Shown: piece after piece, positions 38,679 to 48,153 of the stretch
Position numbering within the stretch: the stretch's first letter is position 1
How the letters are laid out: each line of letters starts with the position of its first letter
Assembly (NCBI GenBank): GCA_963702895.1
Contig: OY969767.1
Location: forward strand, 234,506 to 298,505
DNA: 64,000 bases
DNA from: an uncultured Elusimicrobia bacterium
GTDB lineage: Bacteria > Elusimicrobiota > Elusimicrobia > 2-01-FULL-59-12
Direction: 5' to 3'
Notes under the pieces: generated by a model
What the model was told of the DNA's origin: nothing
The model's input: the letters and a program-made list of their open reading frames with translations, nothing else
Databases searched by the model: none
Made by a program: the position numbers and the translations under genes

Positions 38679-39584
38679 GTGTCGCCGATGAAAATTCTGA
38701 TTTCCGGATCAACCGGTCTCGTAGGGACAGCGCTGACACCCTACCTGGCTTCCAAAGGGCACCTCCTTCACACGTTAATCCGCACGACGCCCCTCCACCC
38801 CTCCCAAGCCCGCTGGAACCCTCCTCAGACAGGCCCATCCGCAGAAGCGCTTGAGGGGGTCGAGGCTGTTATTCATTTGGCCGGTGAAAATATCGCTTCG
38901 GGTCGTTGGACGCAATCGCGCAAACACGCTCTTCGTGCAAGCCGGATCCTGGGCACGCGACTCTTGGTCGAAGCGATCTTAAAGGCCCCAAAACTGCCGC
39001 GCGTCTTTCTGGGGGCCTCGGCCATTGGTTATTACGGTGAACGAGGCGACGAGACGCTTCAAGAAGACAGCCCGCCTGGGAAGGGGTTTCTCCCGGAGCT
39101 CTGCCAAGCGTGGGAGTCCGAGGTGGCGCCACTGGTCCATCGAGGGGTGCGGGTGGTGAATTTGCGTTTTGGGATCGTGCTCTCAACCAAGGGCGGGGCG
39201 CTTGCCAGGATGCTGCTCCCTTTCCGAATGGGGCTGGGCGGCGCTATAGGTTCCGGGAAGCAATACATGAGCTGGATCGCTGTGGACGATGTTTTGGGGA
39301 TCATCGCGTTTTTGCTGGAAACCCCCTCCGTACGCGGTCCCGTCAATGCTGTGTCGCCTCAGCCGGTGACCAACAGGGAGTACACGCAAGTCTTAGGGAA
39401 AGTCTTGCGTCGTCCCACCCTCTTGCCGGTGCCAGCCATGGTCGCGCGACTGGCTCTTGGTGAAATGGCGGAGGCGCTCCTTTTGGCCAGCACGCGAGCG
39501 GTGCCCGGCGTTCTTCTGCGGTCGGGGTATCATTTCCAGTGGGCAGACCTTGAGACGGCCCTCCACCACCTCTTACACCAATAG
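38679..39584 (+). CDS. TIGR01777/YfcH-type NAD-dependent epimerase/dehydratase family protein (SDR, DUF1731 C-terminus)
   Basis: ILISGSTGLVGTAL Rossmann motif and a DUF1731-like C-terminus. Confidence 0.8.
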   Translation: MSPMKILISGSTGLVGTALTPYLASKGHLLHTLIRTTPLHPSQARWNPPQTGPSAEALEGVEAVIHLAGENIASGRWTQSRKHALRASRILGTRLLVEAILKAPKLPRVFLGASAIGYYGERGDETLQEDSPPGKGFLPELCQAWESEVAPLVHRGVRVVNLRFGIVLSTKGGALARMLLPFRMGLGGAIGSGKQYMSWIAVDDVLGIIAFLLETPSVRGPVNAVSPQPVTNREYTQVLGKVLRRPTLLPVPAMVARLALGEMAEALLLASTRAVPGVLLRSGYHFQWADLETALHHLLHQ

Positions 39585-39641
39585 GGGAGATCCCCTGGCC
39601 GTACCCTTGCCGTCCTCCAGGATTTATTAGAATAAACGCGT

Positions 39642-39926
39642 ATGCCAACGATCCTGGAGTTCCTTCTGGTCGGGTTGGCGGCGGGTTGGATTATGGGGAA
39701 GGTCCGCCACCGGAAAGGCAAGGGCTATGGGCTGATCAAGAGCCTCGTGATCGGCACGATTGGCTCTCTGATCGGTTTTTTCCTCATGGGTTTCTTTAAG
39801 GTTGAGTCTCCCAATATTCTCACCAAAATCGCGATGGCCGTGATGGGGACAGCTTTCTTTTTCTTCATCGTGGGTCTCCTCCGAGGGACAAAGAAGAAGA
39901 AATCTGAAGATGAGGAAGAAGCATGA
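39642..39926 (+). CDS. GlsB/YeaQ/YmgE family stress-response membrane protein
   Basis: 94 aa, 3 TM segments, GxxxG-rich, with a KKKKSEDEEEA tail. Confidence 0.8.
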   Translation: MPTILEFLLVGLAAGWIMGKVRHRKGKGYGLIKSLVIGTIGSLIGFFLMGFFKVESPNILTKIAMAVMGTAFFFFIVGLLRGTKKKKSEDEEEA

Positions 39927-40348
39927 TCATGATACTCTCTGTTCTTCTCGGGCTTGTGTTGTTGGTCCCTGCCTGTTCGAAATCGCCGGATCCCGCCAGC
40001 CATTCTGAAAACGGACCGCTTTCCAGCCAGGCTCAGACCACCAAAGCTTCCTATGTCCAAAAAACAAATCAAGAACTTCAAGAATGGTCCTTCAAAGTCA
40101 AGTCCTTGGAGGAGCGTTCCAGAAGCGGCGGGGCTAAGACTCGAAATGAGCTGGACCATTATGTTCGTAAGGCCAAGGAGAATCTGGCTGATCTCAAGAA
40201 GAGCCTTCAGGCGCTCGCTGAGTCCACCGAAGGCGCTTGGGAGCCTTTGCAGCGGGGCCTGGAAGAAACTCTTGAAAAGCTCAAGCGGAACTACGAGAAG
40301 GCCATCTCCTATTTTGATAAGAGCGATCCAGCCAAGCCTGGACTATAG
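39923..40348 (+). CDS. hypothetical lipoprotein with coiled-coil
   Basis: Lipobox LLVPAC. Start overlaps the upstream stop as ATGA. Confidence 0.45.
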   Translation: MIMILSVLLGLVLLVPACSKSPDPASHSENGPLSSQAQTTKASYVQKTNQELQEWSFKVKSLEERSRSGGAKTRNELDHYVRKAKENLADLKKSLQALAESTEGAWEPLQRGLEETLEKLKRNYEKAISYFDKSDPAKPGL

Positions 40349-40478
40349 AAAGACCCGTGAAGCAACCCGCTCTCTCTTTCATTCTCGTTCTAAGCCTGCT
40401 TGTGCCAGGCGCCACTGCGATGGTGGTAGCGGGAGGTCCTTACAACCCACGGTCAGCGCCTCATCCCGTCAACCCATA

Positions 40479-41966
40479 ATGCGCGATTTTCCGGTCTTGA
40501 GCCGGCTCTTTCTTGTCCTCCTCTTTCCTTGCGCACCGCTTCTCTTAGAGGCCGCAACCACGGTGACCGTGAGTGGTCGGCAACTCCTCGTCGACGGTCA
40601 GGCCTTCACCGTTCAAGGTGTCAACTACTCTCCGACTCCTGTCGGATCAACCGCGGGCAGCCCGAGCGCCTTGTGCTCGGGTCCTTACCAATGGTGGACG
40701 GACCAAGCGATCTATAACTCGGATTTTCCCCTCATCAAGCGCATGGGCGCCAATACGATACGCGCCTACGGCATCCTCAATGACACCTCCGGGACCGCGG
40801 TGCTGCAGGTTCGGGCGATGCTCGACGTGGCTGCAGCGCAGGGCCTCTATGTGATCATGAATTACTATGCCAGCCATTTCGTGGACCCTTCTGTGCCCGC
40901 CCAGCAGGCGGCTTGGCAGACGGATTTCGTGAATGCCGTGAACGCTTACAAGGACCATCCCGCGGTCCTGATCTGGGAGTTCGCCAACGAAAACAACCTC
41001 GACAACGGACAATTCGCGGGCTGGTATCCCATGGTGCAGACGATCGCCACCGCCGCCAAAGCCGCAGACGCCAACCACCCGATTATGACGGTCGAAGGCG
41101 AGACCGCCACGATCAACTACACCATCGGATCGGCCGCGCGCTCCGCGGATGACGCCAGCATGACGAGCCTTGACCTGTGGGGAGTCAACGCTTACCGGGG
41201 CCCGACTTTCCAAGGTCTCTTTGAGTCCTTGGCGCTCGAGACCTCGAAGCCCATTCTGGTCACAGAGTTTGGGAAGGACGCCTATCTGGACGCTAGCGCG
41301 CAGGAAAGCCAATCGATGCAAGCCTCTCACTTGAGCGCCCAATGGCAGGAAATTTCTTCCCGCCTTTCCGCGTCGGATGCCGTCCAGCCCCTGGCCGGGG
41401 GGGTTGTCTTCGAGTGGACGGATGAGTGGTGGAAAGACCCGGGAGCCCCTTCCTGCCGGACTCATGATACAGCGGTTCTCTTTACACGCCCGCAAGATAC
41501 CGAAGACCCATCCTATAACGAGGAATGGTTCGGGCTTGCTGCGGTGAGCCCTGTCAGCGTGATCTCGAATCCCGCAGGCAAAGCGAGGACACTCCGCACC
41601 AGTTACAGCACGATGCAGAGCTTCTGGAACCCTTCCGCGGCACAGGCGACGGGGTCCTCCAACCGTTATTTCAGCGATACGGTACGGAATTATCCCAATC
41701 CTTTTCGGCCGGGGGCGGAGTCCACGAGGTTTGTCATCCTGGCCAACGTTGCGGGCACCGTTAGCCTAAGCATCTATGACGCGGGCGGGCAATTTGTGAC
41801 CTCCTTTAAGGTGGGCGTGACGCCTCCAGCCCGAACGGAAGTGTTTTGGGATGGGCGCAACAGCCAGGGGGCCGAGGTCAGCTCGGGCCTGTATCTGGTG
41901 CGAATCGAGGGGGAAGGATCCGGCCGCCGTGAGACCCAGTTCCGGAAAGTCGTGGCGGTCAAATGA
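40479..41966 (+). CDS. secreted TIM-barrel glycoside hydrolase (GH5/GH72-like motifs) with type A T9SS-like C-terminal sorting domain
   Basis: Signal peptide MRDFPVLSRLFLVLLFPCAPLLLEA. Motifs NTIRAYG, WEFANE and VTEFG. C-terminal 80 aa NYPNPFRP...SLSIYDAGGQFV...VFWDGRNSQGAEVSSGLYLVRI...KVVAVK. The track's N-terminal extension from 39954 overlaps the lipoprotein gene in another frame. Confidence 0.7.
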   Translation: MRDFPVLSRLFLVLLFPCAPLLLEAATTVTVSGRQLLVDGQAFTVQGVNYSPTPVGSTAGSPSALCSGPYQWWTDQAIYNSDFPLIKRMGANTIRAYGILNDTSGTAVLQVRAMLDVAAAQGLYVIMNYYASHFVDPSVPAQQAAWQTDFVNAVNAYKDHPAVLIWEFANENNLDNGQFAGWYPMVQTIATAAKAADANHPIMTVEGETATINYTIGSAARSADDASMTSLDLWGVNAYRGPTFQGLFESLALETSKPILVTEFGKDAYLDASAQESQSMQASHLSAQWQEISSRLSASDAVQPLAGGVVFEWTDEWWKDPGAPSCRTHDTAVLFTRPQDTEDPSYNEEWFGLAAVSPVSVISNPAGKARTLRTSYSTMQSFWNPSAAQATGSSNRYFSDTVRNYPNPFRPGAESTRFVILANVAGTVSLSIYDAGGQFVTSFKVGVTPPARTEVFWDGRNSQGAEVSSGLYLVRIEGEGSGRRETQFRKVVAVK

Positions 41967-41974
41967 GGTCTGTG

Positions 41975-42098
41975 TCGGAGTATCGGTGTGACGGAGTAAC
42001 GGGGTCACAGCCCAAAGACGTATCGGCGCATCGGAGTATCGGTGTCATGATGTCGTGGCTGTTTCGCCGATACCCCGATACCCCGATACCCCGTTACT
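41975..42098. repeat. second locus of the GTAWCGGR / CCGATAC inverted octamer array
   Basis: gtcggagtatcggtgtgacggagtaacggggtcac...cgccgataccccgataccccgataccccgttac. Starts 9 nt after the GH stop codon. Confidence 0.75.
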
Positions 42099-43009
42099 GC
42101 CTCATAGCGCTCTTCGCCCTTCTCCCTTCGAACGCGGCGCACGCTTCGGGCGAAGCGGACGCCTTCGCGCTGCCGGGAGTGGGGGCTCGCCAGGGAGGCA
42201 TGGGCGGTGCCTTTGTTGGTCTTTCGGATGACATTGAGGCGATCTATTACAACCCGGCGGGGCTTGGCAATCTCATTCAGTCAGGAGTCACGGGCATGTA
42301 TCAGCCGGCGTCGCTGGGCACGACACGAAGCTTTCTGGGATTCAGCCAGCGGTGGGCCCATCCGCGCTTGCCGGGCAGTGTGGGCTTCGGATGGCTTCGC
42401 ATGGGGTCGGCGGATATCGAGCTCACCGACACAGATGAGAATGTCTTAGGGACAGATCAGTTGTCGAATGACCTCTTTTTGTTGAGCGCTGGGGTGCGGC
42501 CCTTCCTGCATTGGTCGTTTGGCCTTTCCTTGAAGTATTTCCGCTTCGCGTTTAACGATTTTAAGGAGTCCGGCTTTGGTGTGGACCTTGGAACGCACGC
42601 ACAGTATCGTCCTTTTCGTTTCGGCGTAGTCCTGAGCGATCTGGGAGGGACGAAACTTTCCGGAGACTCGATCAGTCCTTCTGGAGGAACGGTCGGTGAT
42701 GTCGTCCCGCCACGTCTAAAGACAGGAGTGGGGGCTGTGTTCCCTCAGCCCTTCAACTGGCCGCTCACGATGGTAATGGATCTGGATACGCACCTCAAGC
42801 TTCGCGGTAGCCAGGACACGAAAACGTCCCTGGGTATGGAAGTATGGACGTACAACGATCACATCGCCGCCCGTACGGGCTACCAGGAATCCGGCGGCCC
42901 CACCCTGGGCTTTGGCGCGCGCTGGGGGCAGTTCCAGATCGATTATTCGTTCCTGTTCAGCCTCAACCTCAAGGATGAACACCGCATGGGCCTCACCTAC
43001 CGCTATTAA
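42046..43009 (+). CDS. outer-membrane beta-barrel protein, possibly PorP/SprF-like
   Basis: Signal peptide CLIALFALLPSNAAHA, YYNPAGLG near the mature N-terminus, C-terminal ...LTYRY. The start lies in or next to the octamer array; the track start at 41963 would give a 44-aa n-region. Confidence 0.45.
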
Positions 43010-43014
43010 AGCAA

Positions 43015-43101
43015 GGGGACGTTCCTTCACAAACGTCACAAACTCTTGGCCTGCAGTATAGGGCTCATCGGAGTTTGTGACGTTTGTGAAGGAACGTCCC
43101 C
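43015..43101. repeat. 31-bp perfect inverted repeat (long hairpin) with 25-nt loop
   Basis: ggggacgttccttcacaaacgtcacaaactc ... gagtttgtgacgtttgtgaaggaacgtcccc; no T-tract follows. Confidence 0.8.
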
Positions 43102-43131
43102 AAGCCGTCGGATAAGGTAGAATTACCCTCG

Positions 43132-44175
43132 ATGTCGAACACTCTTCCCGACAATTTTGACGCTTGGGACCCCCTCCTCCAGAAGCAGATCGATGAGCTC
43201 ATCGACCGCGCCGCCCCCGCCGTGCGCGAAGAGGACAACCGTGATCTGGTGCGTCAGATGATCGTCACGGCCCTTAAAGTGGAACATTCCCAGCTTGACC
43301 GCGGTGACGCCAAGATCCTCTCGCGGGCCATGCGCGAGTTGCGCTACGGTTTCCGGATCTTCAAAGACTATCGAGATAACCGCAAAGTGACTATCTTTGG
43401 CTCCGCGCGGACCTCACGGGATAGCGCCGAATATCGACAAGCCCTTCATTTCTCCAGGCAGATGACGAAGCACGGCTTTATGGTCATCACAGGCGCGGGA
43501 CCCGGCATCATGAAGGCCGGCAATGAAGGTGCTGGGAAGAACAAGAGCTTCGGCATCAACATCAAACTTCCTTTTGAACAGACCGCCAACGAATTCATTG
43601 GCAAAGACCCCCGTTTTATCGACTGCCGGTTTTTTTTCACGCGCAAGCTCATGTTCATCAAAGAAACCAGCGCCGCCGCCTTTTTCCCGGGAGGGTTCGG
43701 AACCCACGATGAAGCCATGGAAACCCTGACCTTGGTCCAAACTGGCAAGTGCGATATCATGCCGATTCTGCTGATCGATGTCCCGGGGGGAAGCTATTGG
43801 AAGGATTGGCTGAAATACATCGAGAAACACTTGCTCAAGGGGGGGAAGATTTCACCGGAAGACGTCCATATCTTCAAAATCACAGACGATATCGAAACGG
43901 CGGTCCAAGAGATCGTTAAGTTTTATAAGAACTACCATTCCATGCGCTATGTGAAGGATGATTTGGTGATCCGTTTAATGAAATCGCCTTCCAAGGCGCT
44001 CCTCGAAAAGCTCAACGTTCAGTTTAAGGATATCTGTGTCAAAGGCGCTATTGTGTCCAGCCCCGTTCATCCGGACGAAACGGATCATGTGGAGCTTCCC
44101 CGGATCTCTCTGCGCTTTAATCGCTTGAGCTTCGGGCGTTTGCGTCAGTTGATCGACTGTTTAAACAACGACTGA
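43132..44175 (+). CDS. LOG family protein, long form (PpnN/YgdH-like nucleotide 5'-monophosphate nucleosidase)
   Basis: PGGFGTHDE motif, GAGPGIMKAGNEGA, and N- and C-terminal extensions as in PpnN. Confidence 0.8.
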   Translation: MSNTLPDNFDAWDPLLQKQIDELIDRAAPAVREEDNRDLVRQMIVTALKVEHSQLDRGDAKILSRAMRELRYGFRIFKDYRDNRKVTIFGSARTSRDSAEYRQALHFSRQMTKHGFMVITGAGPGIMKAGNEGAGKNKSFGINIKLPFEQTANEFIGKDPRFIDCRFFFTRKLMFIKETSAAAFFPGGFGTHDEAMETLTLVQTGKCDIMPILLIDVPGGSYWKDWLKYIEKHLLKGGKISPEDVHIFKITDDIETAVQEIVKFYKNYHSMRYVKDDLVIRLMKSPSKALLEKLNVQFKDICVKGAIVSSPVHPDETDHVELPRISLRFNRLSFGRLRQLIDCLNND

Positions 44176-44637
44176 TTCGGTAGGTTTGGAAGGCAAGGAA
44201 AACGAGTCCAAGCGAAGCAGCGGCGCCGACGGCCTCACAAACGCCTTCTTAATCGACTCGATGAGATCCGGCAGGATACTCATGAACGGTTTACGCATCG
44301 CCACAAATTCCACTGCCTGTCCGAACCGCATGCCTTTCGAGCAGAGATAAGCGATCACAATCGAAGGCGATCGGCCTACGCCTCCATCACAGAAGACCAA
44401 AATCCTCTTCGTATTGATGTGCTGATCGATATATTCCGCGGCCTCCATGAGGCGGAAGGCTGGTATGGGCATCATGTCATGGATTTGGAGCTTCAGGTAG
44501 GGTTTGTCGCCGAAGAGGGTGGGGTCGATGTCGATTTCTGAGGCGACATTTAGAAACGCATCAAAATGCTCGATCGCATTTCGCGCGTCGATCGCGTTGC
44601 CAACGGCCAAGTGCTCGAGGATATATTTCACGGGCAT
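44161..44637 (-). CDS. dual-specificity / tyrosine protein phosphatase (CX5R)
   Basis: Active site VFCDGGVGRS. Confidence 0.75.
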   Translation of the reverse strand: MPVKYILEHLAVGNAIDARNAIEHFDAFLNVASEIDIDPTLFGDKPYLKLQIHDMMPIPAFRLMEAAEYIDQHINTKRILVFCDGGVGRSPSIVIAYLCSKGMRFGQAVEFVAMRKPFMSILPDLIESIKKAFVRPSAPLLRLDSFSLPSKPTESVVV

Positions 44638-44682
44638 CCGCTCTGGACAGCTGCACTATCCTATATTGGCTTGCGGCACTTG

Positions 44683-45492
44683 TCAAAACGAAGCATGGAG
44701 GGTCTTGAGAGCCCTCGCACTCCGTTGCTCAAGCGTCTTATGGCCTCGGAGTCTCCAGGCCTTCCAAAACCTTCTGGCCGTCTCGTGCTGGGCCGCCCTC
44801 ATCTCTTTCCGAAGTGAGCGGCTCTGCTTCTTGGCCAGATCTTTGAGGAGCTTTCGGCTGGCGCGCGCGTCCTGATGGCGGCCCAGATAGCCCTGCCAGA
44901 GCGCGGCCTCAAGGGCCAGCCGTTTCAACGGAGGACCGCCGAATGGGATGAGGAGGTCCGCGCGATAGCGCAACCGACGGATCGCGCGCCGTAAAGGGTG
45001 CATGAGAGACTTTTTCTTAGCCTTTGGCCGTTGACGCAAGAGACGATCGAGGTCTTGCCAGGCCCGCTCCAGAGCCGCACGAGCGGCCGATCGGTCCTTG
45101 GCGGGGCCTTGAGATCGAGCTTGGCCAATGGATTGCATGGCCCTTGCCAAACGGGCGAAAGTCCGCCGACGAAACCGGAGGCGGATCTTCTGGTGGAAAT
45201 TCAAACGGTGGACGTTGAGGATTTCCAGGAGGTGTTTGTGTTGAGACGAGGAGGTGGAGGAGCTCCTCAGGCGCTGCCAAAGCATCTCGACGTCGCGGGC
45301 TTTGCCCAAGTATGGGTTGAGGCTCGCGAGGGACGGCAAGGGAGTCCCCAGCAGCCGCAACGCTTCTTGGCAGCGTCGGGTGCTCACCCGAAGCTCGTGC
45401 ACGGCATCCGGCCCTGCACGCCCGTGAGCGAAGGCGGCGACGCAGGTGTTCCAGCGGCGAACTTCCCGGGCTAAGAGCGAGGCCAAGGTCAT
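44683..45492 (-). CDS. CHAD domain protein
   Basis: VHELRVSTRRCQEALRL and conserved His/Arg helices. AGGAG RBS 7 nt before the ATG at 45492. The track start at 45621 overlaps sixA. Confidence 0.7.
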   Translation of the reverse strand: MTLASLLAREVRRWNTCVAAFAHGRAGPDAVHELRVSTRRCQEALRLLGTPLPSLASLNPYLGKARDVEMLWQRLRSSSTSSSQHKHLLEILNVHRLNFHQKIRLRFRRRTFARLARAMQSIGQARSQGPAKDRSAARAALERAWQDLDRLLRQRPKAKKKSLMHPLRRAIRRLRYRADLLIPFGGPPLKRLALEAALWQGYLGRHQDARASRKLLKDLAKKQSRSLRKEMRAAQHETARRFWKAWRLRGHKTLEQRSARALKTLHASF

Positions 45493-45544
45493 AGGATGAG
45501 TTCTCCTGTGGCGTATAGGCAACGGTGGTGCGCTCCAGCGTCTC

Positions 45545-46042
45545 TTAAATCCGAAGGAGGAGCTTCGGGGTGACGAGCCACCGGAGGCTGGCCACGCGGC
45601 GACCTTGGATCTGTTCCACATCGATCCGGCATAAGCCGCCTTTTTTTAAGTCGATGCGGAGTCGCTTTCTTGAGCCGATCAACCGTGACGCCAAGGTGGA
45701 CAAGTAGGGCTCATGCCCCACGATCCAGAGCGTGGAGCCGGCGGGGTAATGTCGGACCATGCTCTTGAAGAACCGTTCTGGATGTCCTTGCGGCGACAAT
45801 TCGCTCTCTTGCTGGATCCTCTTCTTGTGTCGGAGGCACTCCGCAAGGATTTGGGATGTTTGAGTCGCTCTCGCATAAGGACTGCTCAGGATTCGGTCAC
45901 ACGTGAGGCGAATAGGCCGGAGGGCCGTGCCGATCTGACGCATCCTCTTCTTCCCTTCGGTGGTCACGGGCCGGTCCGCGTCTCTTCCATGCCACGTCGC
46001 GCGGTCGGCTGCGATCGCATGGCGCAAAAGATAGAGGATCAC
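45545..46042 (-). CDS. sixA: phosphohistidine phosphatase SixA
   Basis: LLRHAIA (RHG motif) and a histidine-phosphatase fold of about 165 aa. Confidence 0.85.
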   Translation of the reverse strand: MILYLLRHAIAADRATWHGRDADRPVTTEGKKRMRQIGTALRPIRLTCDRILSSPYARATQTSQILAECLRHKKRIQQESELSPQGHPERFFKSMVRHYPAGSTLWIVGHEPYLSTLASRLIGSRKRLRIDLKKGGLCRIDVEQIQGRRVASLRWLVTPKLLLRI

Positions 46043-48153
46043 GTGGAGGACTCCTTGTGCTTGGCGGAGGGGGCGCCGTAGGTGGTGGCCACGGTCGGTC
46101 TTTGCGGCTTAAGCTCCCCAGGAACGGCCTTGAGCGCAGCGGTCTGTTCCTCCAGCGCACGCTGACAGAGAACGTCCTGGGCACGCAGTTTCTTGCGGCT
46201 TCCCGCTTCGCTGCGAACGTACGAGCCATCCGGCAGGAGGATCCAGGACTTCACGGTGTCTCGAAAATAGAGATCGAGCGCCTCGATCAAGCGCTTTTTG
46301 CTCGGCGCGTCCTCCACGGGGAATAAGATCTCGATCCTCTTGTCGAGGTTGCGCGGCATGAGATCGGCGCTGGAGAGGTACACCTCCGGATCGCCGTCGT
46401 TTTCAAAATAATAGATGCGACTATGCTCGAGGAATTGATCGACGATGCTCACGACTTGGATATGGTCACTGAGGCCCTTCAGGCCAGGCCTTAAGCAGCA
46501 AATCCCTCTCACGTTGAGTTGGACTCGGACCCCCGCGCGAGAAGCCTCATAGAGAGCCTCGATGATTTCTGTGTCGACCAACGAATTCATTTTCAGTCGT
46601 ATGAGGCCTGGTTTTTCGGCTGAACGCCGCATGGTTTCCCTGCGTATGAGACGGAGCAGTTTGCGCCTCAGGCCGAAGGGCGCCACTTCGATCTTTTTCC
46701 AGGACGCTGGCTGCGAATAGCCCGTAATCATATTGAAGAATGCGGCGAGGTCGCCGGCCATCGCCTCATCCGAAGTCAGGTATCCGATGTCCGAGTAAAG
46801 GCGCGCGGTGCGGGCGTTGTAATTGCCAGTCGACAGATGCACATAGCGCTTGATGCCGTCTTGCTCCCGGCGAATGACCAGGCAGGCCTTGGCGTGCGTT
46901 TTATACCCGGCGATGCCGTAGAGGACGCTCGCCCCTCTGTGCATCAAGCGCTTCGCCCATTCGATGTTGCTTTCTTCGTCAAAGCGAGCTTTGAGTTCCA
47001 CAAGGACCGTCACGCGCTTGCCGTTTTCCGCCGCTCGTTCGAGAGCTCCCAGGATGCGCGAGTCGGGGTCTGTCCGGTAAAGCGTCTGTTTGATGGCCAG
47101 CACATCCGGGTCGTCGGCCGCGCTGTCTAAAAAGTCGATCACAGGCTCAAAACTTTCGTAAGGGTGCATGAGAAGAACACTCTTCTGGCGCATCAGCGTC
47201 CACACGTTGTCGCTTCGCTTAAAATCCGGTGAAAGACAAGGTTCCCAGGCGGGGCGTTTCAGAGGCTCAAATCCGGGTTGCAGCGCAAGCTGGGCGATAC
47301 TCTTGATGTCAAACCATCCCGGGTTCACCTGGATATCCTGAGGTGAGACCTGGAGTGACTGCTGAAGGAACTTGACCCAGGCCTGGTGTGCGGACACCTC
47401 CAGCCGGACAATCTCAGCCTGTCGGCGTTCCTGGAGGGCCTCCGACATGACGTGAAGGAAGTCTTCTTCCTTTTCTTCATCGAGCGTGATCTCGGCTCCA
47501 CGGGTGAGGCGCATCAGGCCTGTTTCGACAATCTCATAGCCCGGGAAAAGCTCCGAAACGAAGTGAGAGATCAGGTCTTCCATCAGGATGAAGGGGAAAT
47601 CCTTTTCAGTCGGGAGAAACAAGATCCTCGGATGACTCTTCTGCGGGATCTCCACGGCCGCAAAGCGCATCGGACCTCCGGGTTGGTTGTCTTTGAGGCT
47701 GAGCACGAGATGCAGTTTGAGGTTGCGCAGCGGCGGGAAGGGTCGTTCACTGGATAAGGCGATTGGCGTCAGGACAGGAAAGATCTCATTCGCAAAATGA
47801 AGGCGCAGATAGTCCAATTGCGTCGGAGTGCACCGGTCGGGCGTGAGCCGCAGGAACCCTGCCGCCTGGAGCTCCGGGACGATATGGTCCATAAAGGTTC
47901 GGTTCATGTCCGATCCAAGCGTTCGGGCCTTGTCTCGAACGCTGTCCAGCTGGTCTTGAGAGTTCTGGAGGCTCGCCACGCGCACCATGTAGAACTCGTC
48001 GAGGTTGGAGCTGACGATACCGACAAATTTGAGTCTTTCAAGGAGCGGCAACGAGAGGTCTTTGCTCTCGGCCAGAACGCGGGCATTAAACTCCAGGGCT
48101 GAGAATTCCCGGTCGAGGTACCTCATTTGCGGATCCGCGTGCGGAGGGGTCAT
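46039..48153 (-). CDS. ppk: polyphosphate kinase 1
   Basis: 704 aa; LEFNARVLAE N-terminus, two PLD-like HKD regions, and SSNLDEFYMVRV. Confidence 0.95.
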   Translation of the reverse strand: MTPPHADPQMRYLDREFSALEFNARVLAESKDLSLPLLERLKFVGIVSSNLDEFYMVRVASLQNSQDQLDSVRDKARTLGSDMNRTFMDHIVPELQAAGFLRLTPDRCTPTQLDYLRLHFANEIFPVLTPIALSSERPFPPLRNLKLHLVLSLKDNQPGGPMRFAAVEIPQKSHPRILFLPTEKDFPFILMEDLISHFVSELFPGYEIVETGLMRLTRGAEITLDEEKEEDFLHVMSEALQERRQAEIVRLEVSAHQAWVKFLQQSLQVSPQDIQVNPGWFDIKSIAQLALQPGFEPLKRPAWEPCLSPDFKRSDNVWTLMRQKSVLLMHPYESFEPVIDFLDSAADDPDVLAIKQTLYRTDPDSRILGALERAAENGKRVTVLVELKARFDEESNIEWAKRLMHRGASVLYGIAGYKTHAKACLVIRREQDGIKRYVHLSTGNYNARTARLYSDIGYLTSDEAMAGDLAAFFNMITGYSQPASWKKIEVAPFGLRRKLLRLIRRETMRRSAEKPGLIRLKMNSLVDTEIIEALYEASRAGVRVQLNVRGICCLRPGLKGLSDHIQVVSIVDQFLEHSRIYYFENDGDPEVYLSSADLMPRNLDKRIEILFPVEDAPSKKRLIEALDLYFRDTVKSWILLPDGSYVRSEAGSRKKLRAQDVLCQRALEEQTAALKAVPGELKPQRPTVATTYGAPSAKHKESST

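Noticed and set aside
39954-40478. N-terminal 175 aa of ORF 39954..41966
   Set aside because: It overlaps the RBS-supported lipoprotein gene 39923..40348 in a different frame. The hydrolase has its own signal peptide starting at ATG 40479.
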